A DNA stretch of 64,000 nucleotides from Promethearchaeota archaeon (GTDB lineage: Archaea > Asgardarchaeota > Lokiarchaeia > Sigyniarchaeales > SOKP01): NCBI GenBank assembly GCA_019058445.1, contig JAHPZA010000005.1, positions 52,276 through 116,275 on the forward strand. Reading direction: 5' to 3'. The notes beneath the pieces were generated by a model. It was not told the DNA's origin and did not search any database. It worked only from the letters and a program-made list of their open reading frames with translations. The translations under genes were made by a program, and so were the position numbers. Shown here piece by piece: positions 60,482-64,000 of the stretch. Positions within the stretch are counted from its first letter, which is position 1. Every line of letters begins with the position of its first letter.

Positions 60482-61054
60482 TTAATCCAAAAGGTGAAAT
60501 TCTAAATGTATTAAATTCGGAGTTGTATCTTCTATCTTAGTTTTAAATTCTAATTCGAAGTGATTAGATAGAAGGTTTTTATAAAAAAGTGTAAAATAAT
60601 TTGAGAAATCTTGATTTAAATCGTGCAAACCTCTAAAAACAAGCGTTCTATTTTCAATTGAAATATCTATCGTATTAAACCATTTAAGACCGTTCTTCCC
60701 AAAAAAATTCACCGAGAATTTTGCATAACTTTTTAGAGTCTCATCATTCATTGGTTTTGCAACTAAAAATTTCATAATATCAGAGAATAAATCCGAGTTT
60801 TCTTCGGCTAATGCAATTAAATTTTCTTCTCCTATTAATGATAACAACTTAATAAAAACCGTTTTTGATATTGTTATCATTTCATTATTTTGATTTAATA
60901 CCTCTAAGTTTAACCATTGTTTAATGGCATCTTTGGCGGTTATCCCCCGAGTTTTATTCTGTTGACTCGCTATTAAATCTAATTTAGCTAATATTTGTTC
61001 GGAGAGTCTGAAACCTAAGAAATTACTAACTTTCTTTTTTGTTTTCTTAGCCAT
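60482..61054 (-). CDS. Ribbon-helix-helix-type transcriptional regulator with C-terminal effector-like domain
   Basis: FLGFRLSEQILAKLDLIA...TRG..AKDAIKQWL RHH pattern; divergent from a membrane-protein gene. Confidence 0.7.
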   Translation of the reverse strand: MAKKTKKKVSNFLGFRLSEQILAKLDLIASQQNKTRGITAKDAIKQWLNLEVLNQNNEMITISKTVFIKLLSLIGEENLIALAEENSDLFSDIMKFLVAKPMNDETLKSYAKFSVNFFGKNGLKWFNTIDISIENRTLVFRGLHDLNQDFSNYFTLFYKNLLSNHFELEFKTKIEDTTPNLIHLEFHLLD

Positions 61055-61216
61055 AATTACAATTAAACTTCATAAAAATGTTTTTTTATTAATAAAGTGT
61101 TTTTAAAGTTTTTAAAGTTATCGATTGATTAATAGTTATCAAATGAAAACATTTATATATTATGTTCTTCATATATTTATGACTCCTAAATTAAAATAAA
61201 AAAAGGTGAGAAAGAA

Positions 61217-62056
61217 ATGGGAAATAATTGGTCAATTAAAAATGATCTTAAATCTTCGTTTGTCCTTGCTAAACGAAATCTGCTGAGCTTTTTTCTTGCT
61301 ATGATTGGATTAGTAATTTTACTCTTAATCGCAATCGTTGCGGTCTCTATTCCTTTAGCTATGGCTATTGGCTTTACCATTGGATCTACATCTCGAGCAA
61401 AAGTGAATGTATCAAATCCAGCTGTGTGGGTTATTGTGGGTCTTGGGATTCTATTGAATATTCTTATTTTTACTTTTGCTATGATGGTATTAGGTGGAAT
61501 ATTTGGTATGTCTAAAGAAATCGTTGAAAATGGAAAATCTCAAGCGGAAAAACCTTTCAGAACGTTAAAAGAATATTTTCTCTCTCTCTTCCTAGCAAGC
61601 TTAATAATAGTCTTGATCATAGAAGGATTACCTTTAGTTATGGGTGGAATTAATGCGTGGGCTTATGGGGGAGATGCTCCACTCATAGTTGATTGGATTG
61701 AGGGAATTGCTTTTTTAGCTTGGGTGGTTTTTACGATAGGTTTTACTATAATGATCCTTCCAGGCATAGTAGATGGAAAGAGTGTCAAAGAAGCTCTTCT
61801 TGAATCTATTAATAAGGCAAAAAACAATCCAGCAAGGATTTATAGTATGGTTGGAATTTATATAGGTATTTATGTGGGGGCTTTTTTACCAATTATTCTC
61901 TGGGCTATACTCTCTGGCTCGGGTAATGCGATATGGATTGCCATCTATGCTCCTATAATGATAATAATTCTAGTGTTTATAGTCACACCTGCAATGATTC
62001 TTACGTTTTCCAGAATCTACAACGATCTCGAAGGTGGAACTTTAGCAGAACTATAA
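61217..62056 (+). CDS. Multi-pass membrane protein (DUF975-like layout)
   Basis: About 6 TM helices, IVDGKSVKEALLES loop; GGTGA ribosome-binding site upstream. Confidence 0.75.
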   Translation: MGNNWSIKNDLKSSFVLAKRNLLSFFLAMIGLVILLLIAIVAVSIPLAMAIGFTIGSTSRAKVNVSNPAVWVIVGLGILLNILIFTFAMMVLGGIFGMSKEIVENGKSQAEKPFRTLKEYFLSLFLASLIIVLIIEGLPLVMGGINAWAYGGDAPLIVDWIEGIAFLAWVVFTIGFTIMILPGIVDGKSVKEALLESINKAKNNPARIYSMVGIYIGIYVGAFLPIILWAILSGSGNAIWIAIYAPIMIIILVFIVTPAMILTFSRIYNDLEGGTLAEL

Positions 62057-62253
62057 ATAAAATATAATTATTTCTTTTCTTTCTTTTTTTAGCTTTAAAT
62101 TCAAAGCACTCTAAAGCTTTTAATTTACTGCAATTATTTTAGTAATAACATAGAATTAAAAAAGAAACCTATAGAAGATAATGAAAGCCAATTATTAGGT
62201 GATGAAGTTAAAAGGATTAAAGTGTTGATATATGATGAGGAATGAGAAAGATC

Positions 62254-63258
62254 TTAAATCAAATCTTTTTGTTCTGTAATTGGAGCAGTATGTAACCTTC
62301 TCACAAGTTTCCTAACTTCTTCGATTTTCATACTTTCGGGGGGAAGGCTTAATTGGACTTTTTTAGCCATATTATATGCCATCTCAATATAATTCAAATC
62401 TTCCAACATTTCGATAATTTGAATTTTATAATCGATATCTCTCGCGCCTTCGCCGTACTCTAAAAGTTTTTCCTTAAGCAAGACATCAATTTTTTGGGAT
62501 CTTTCAACATGGCGCACTTTTTTGACGAGTTGTTTGAAACTGTTCATTATATTATACATTTCTGATTTCGGATAATCATCAATGTTTTTCAGCACATAAA
62601 AAATATAGACTTCCGCTTTCTCAAATCTTCGTATCCTAAGACTGATATCAACAAGTTCTAAAAGCGCCAATTCATAGAGGAATTTACTCTCGATATTCGG
62701 AATAATTTTTTCAAAAATCCAATCGAGGATATTCGGCTGATCAAATTTTTCGATAATATCAATCAAAAACTTGACAATAGAGAAGTATAATTTTGCATTT
62801 TCCGTCTTAGTGGAACTTAAAAAGGAAACTAATGCATATTTCACGCGCCCCATCGCATCCTCTAAATTCATTGGTTTCTCAGTAAATTTATTAAATGCAG
62901 ATTCTAATATAGGCATAATTTTTTCTCTGGCATCAAAATCATACACGAAATATTCACTCCAGTTGGGCGCTAATTTAGCTGGTTTCTTTTGGGAACTTGT
63001 TTTGTCTTTTTGAGTTGAGGCTGACATTTTAGGTTTTCTTTCCTTTATTTTTTCAGCAAGTTCCTTAGCCTCTTCATCAGAGAGAATTTCAAGGATAATC
63101 TTATTTTTCTCTTTAGGGACTATCATTCTAAAGAAAACATCTCTATCGTCCTCAAATAATTCTTCTCTTAAAATCTTAGGGAATGTTACGCCTGTTTTGG
63201 TTTTTTTTATTATCTCTTCAAAATATACGTCGTTATTAGAATCCTTTTCATTCTCCAT
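62254..63258 (-). CDS. AbrB/MazE-like N-terminal domain fused to an alpha-helical domain
   Basis: KTKTGVTFPKILREEL...F.MIV....KIILE resembles the AbrB swapped-hairpin pattern; C-terminus all-helical. Confidence 0.65.
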   Translation of the reverse strand: MENEKDSNNDVYFEEIIKKTKTGVTFPKILREELFEDDRDVFFRMIVPKEKNKIILEILSDEEAKELAEKIKERKPKMSASTQKDKTSSQKKPAKLAPNWSEYFVYDFDAREKIMPILESAFNKFTEKPMNLEDAMGRVKYALVSFLSSTKTENAKLYFSIVKFLIDIIEKFDQPNILDWIFEKIIPNIESKFLYELALLELVDISLRIRRFEKAEVYIFYVLKNIDDYPKSEMYNIMNSFKQLVKKVRHVERSQKIDVLLKEKLLEYGEGARDIDYKIQIIEMLEDLNYIEMAYNMAKKVQLSLPPESMKIEEVRKLVRRLHTAPITEQKDLI

Positions 63259-63349
63259 AATAACTTAGAATTATCTAACTATTTTAATTATTACCTAAAA
63301 ATAGATTGATTAATGAAAACGGAAAAATAAAAAGAAAATGTGATTTGAG

Positions 63350-63988
63350 TTATAAAGTTAAAGATTTTGATTGCTTATAGAATCCGTAAGCTAGAAAGAA
63401 TCTAATTACGGAAAAGATAATATACCAAAATGCTACACCTACTGCAAATAAACTCATTATAAACACTTGTATAAAGATATTTGCTAAGATAACTAACCAT
63501 AGGCACCCGTATTTTTTTGGAAGTGATTTATTATGTAACCCGGCGATACTATATAAGATTATATACATAAGCATAGCTAAATTCGCAATCCCGCTTAAAG
63601 CCGCATTTTCATAGATATCAGGAGGTCTAAACGCTATAACTATAATTAAAATTCCACCAACACTCAAGCAGAAAGAACCAATATAGCTGAGCCATTTATC
63701 AAACTTTGTATCTTTGAAATAATAAGGTAGTATTATCGCAGCAGGAATAAAGAGTAAACCCAATATGATTTGACTGATGCTATACAATAGAGATGAAGTA
63801 ATATTGCTCCTTCCTGAAAATGATTTATTTCGACCTAAATCAGTAATAAAATTAGCCCATAACGAAAAACCAGGAGCCCCTGGATTGGTTGATGTAGCCC
63901 CGGCATAGAATATCATTGCTATGAGTACAAAGAGTGTGGTTATGATATAGCTAAGAATAATTGATAAAATGATAAAATATGGATTCAT
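63350..63988 (-). CDS. DUF998-like membrane protein
   Basis: PGFSLWANFITDLGR motif; 5-6 TM. Confidence 0.7.
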   Translation of the reverse strand: MNPYFIILSIILSYIITTLFVLIAMIFYAGATSTNPGAPGFSLWANFITDLGRNKSFSGRSNITSSLLYSISQIILGLLFIPAAIILPYYFKDTKFDKWLSYIGSFCLSVGGILIIVIAFRPPDIYENAALSGIANLAMLMYIILYSIAGLHNKSLPKKYGCLWLVILANIFIQVFIMSLFAVGVAFWYIIFSVIRFFLAYGFYKQSKSLTL

Positions 63989-64000
63989 TTGATATTATCA

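Larger units (their letters stand above)
59935..62477. repeat. Direct repeat pair, ~224 bp each (59935-60158 and 62254-62477), bracketing a ~2.1 kb insert
   Basis: Codon-by-codon alignment by hand: 21 synonymous and 4 non-synonymous codon differences. Confidence 0.92.

Noticed and set aside
62100-62243. Possible short gene remnant (..KPIEDNESQLLGDEVKRIKVLIYDEE*)
   Set aside because: No start codon or recognisable homology; too short to support
60159-62253. Autonomous mobile element (IS or provirus)
   Set aside because: No transposase, integrase, terminal inverted repeats or viral genes are visible

Overview
Low-GC, gene-dense archaeal chromosomal DNA, most consistent with an Asgard archaeon (Lokiarchaeia-like). 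This assignment is inferred from gene content: an actin-family gene, Rab-like and longin-fused small GTPases, an SCP2 protein, HEAT proteins, giant soluble multi-PAS histidine kinases, AOR and corrinoid methyltransferase components. I found no rRNA, tRNA, CRISPR array, transposase or integrase. The most interesting locus is 8575-11500. There, a protein built as N-terminal coiled coil / SGGGPPKAP x7 proline-rich tract / C-terminal amphipathic helix ending in LKKI (WASP/WAVE/VASP-like layout) lies directly upstream of a divergent actin-related gene and two tandem winged-helix paralogues. Other highlights: a type IA topoisomerase with a TOP3B-like Zn tail, a longin-pseudoGTPase fusion, a 12-PAS kinase that seems to start at ATT, and a ~2.1 kb cargo flanked by a synonymously diverged duplicate of a gene's 3' end (59935-62477). 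All family assignments come from motif recognition by eye, not database searches.
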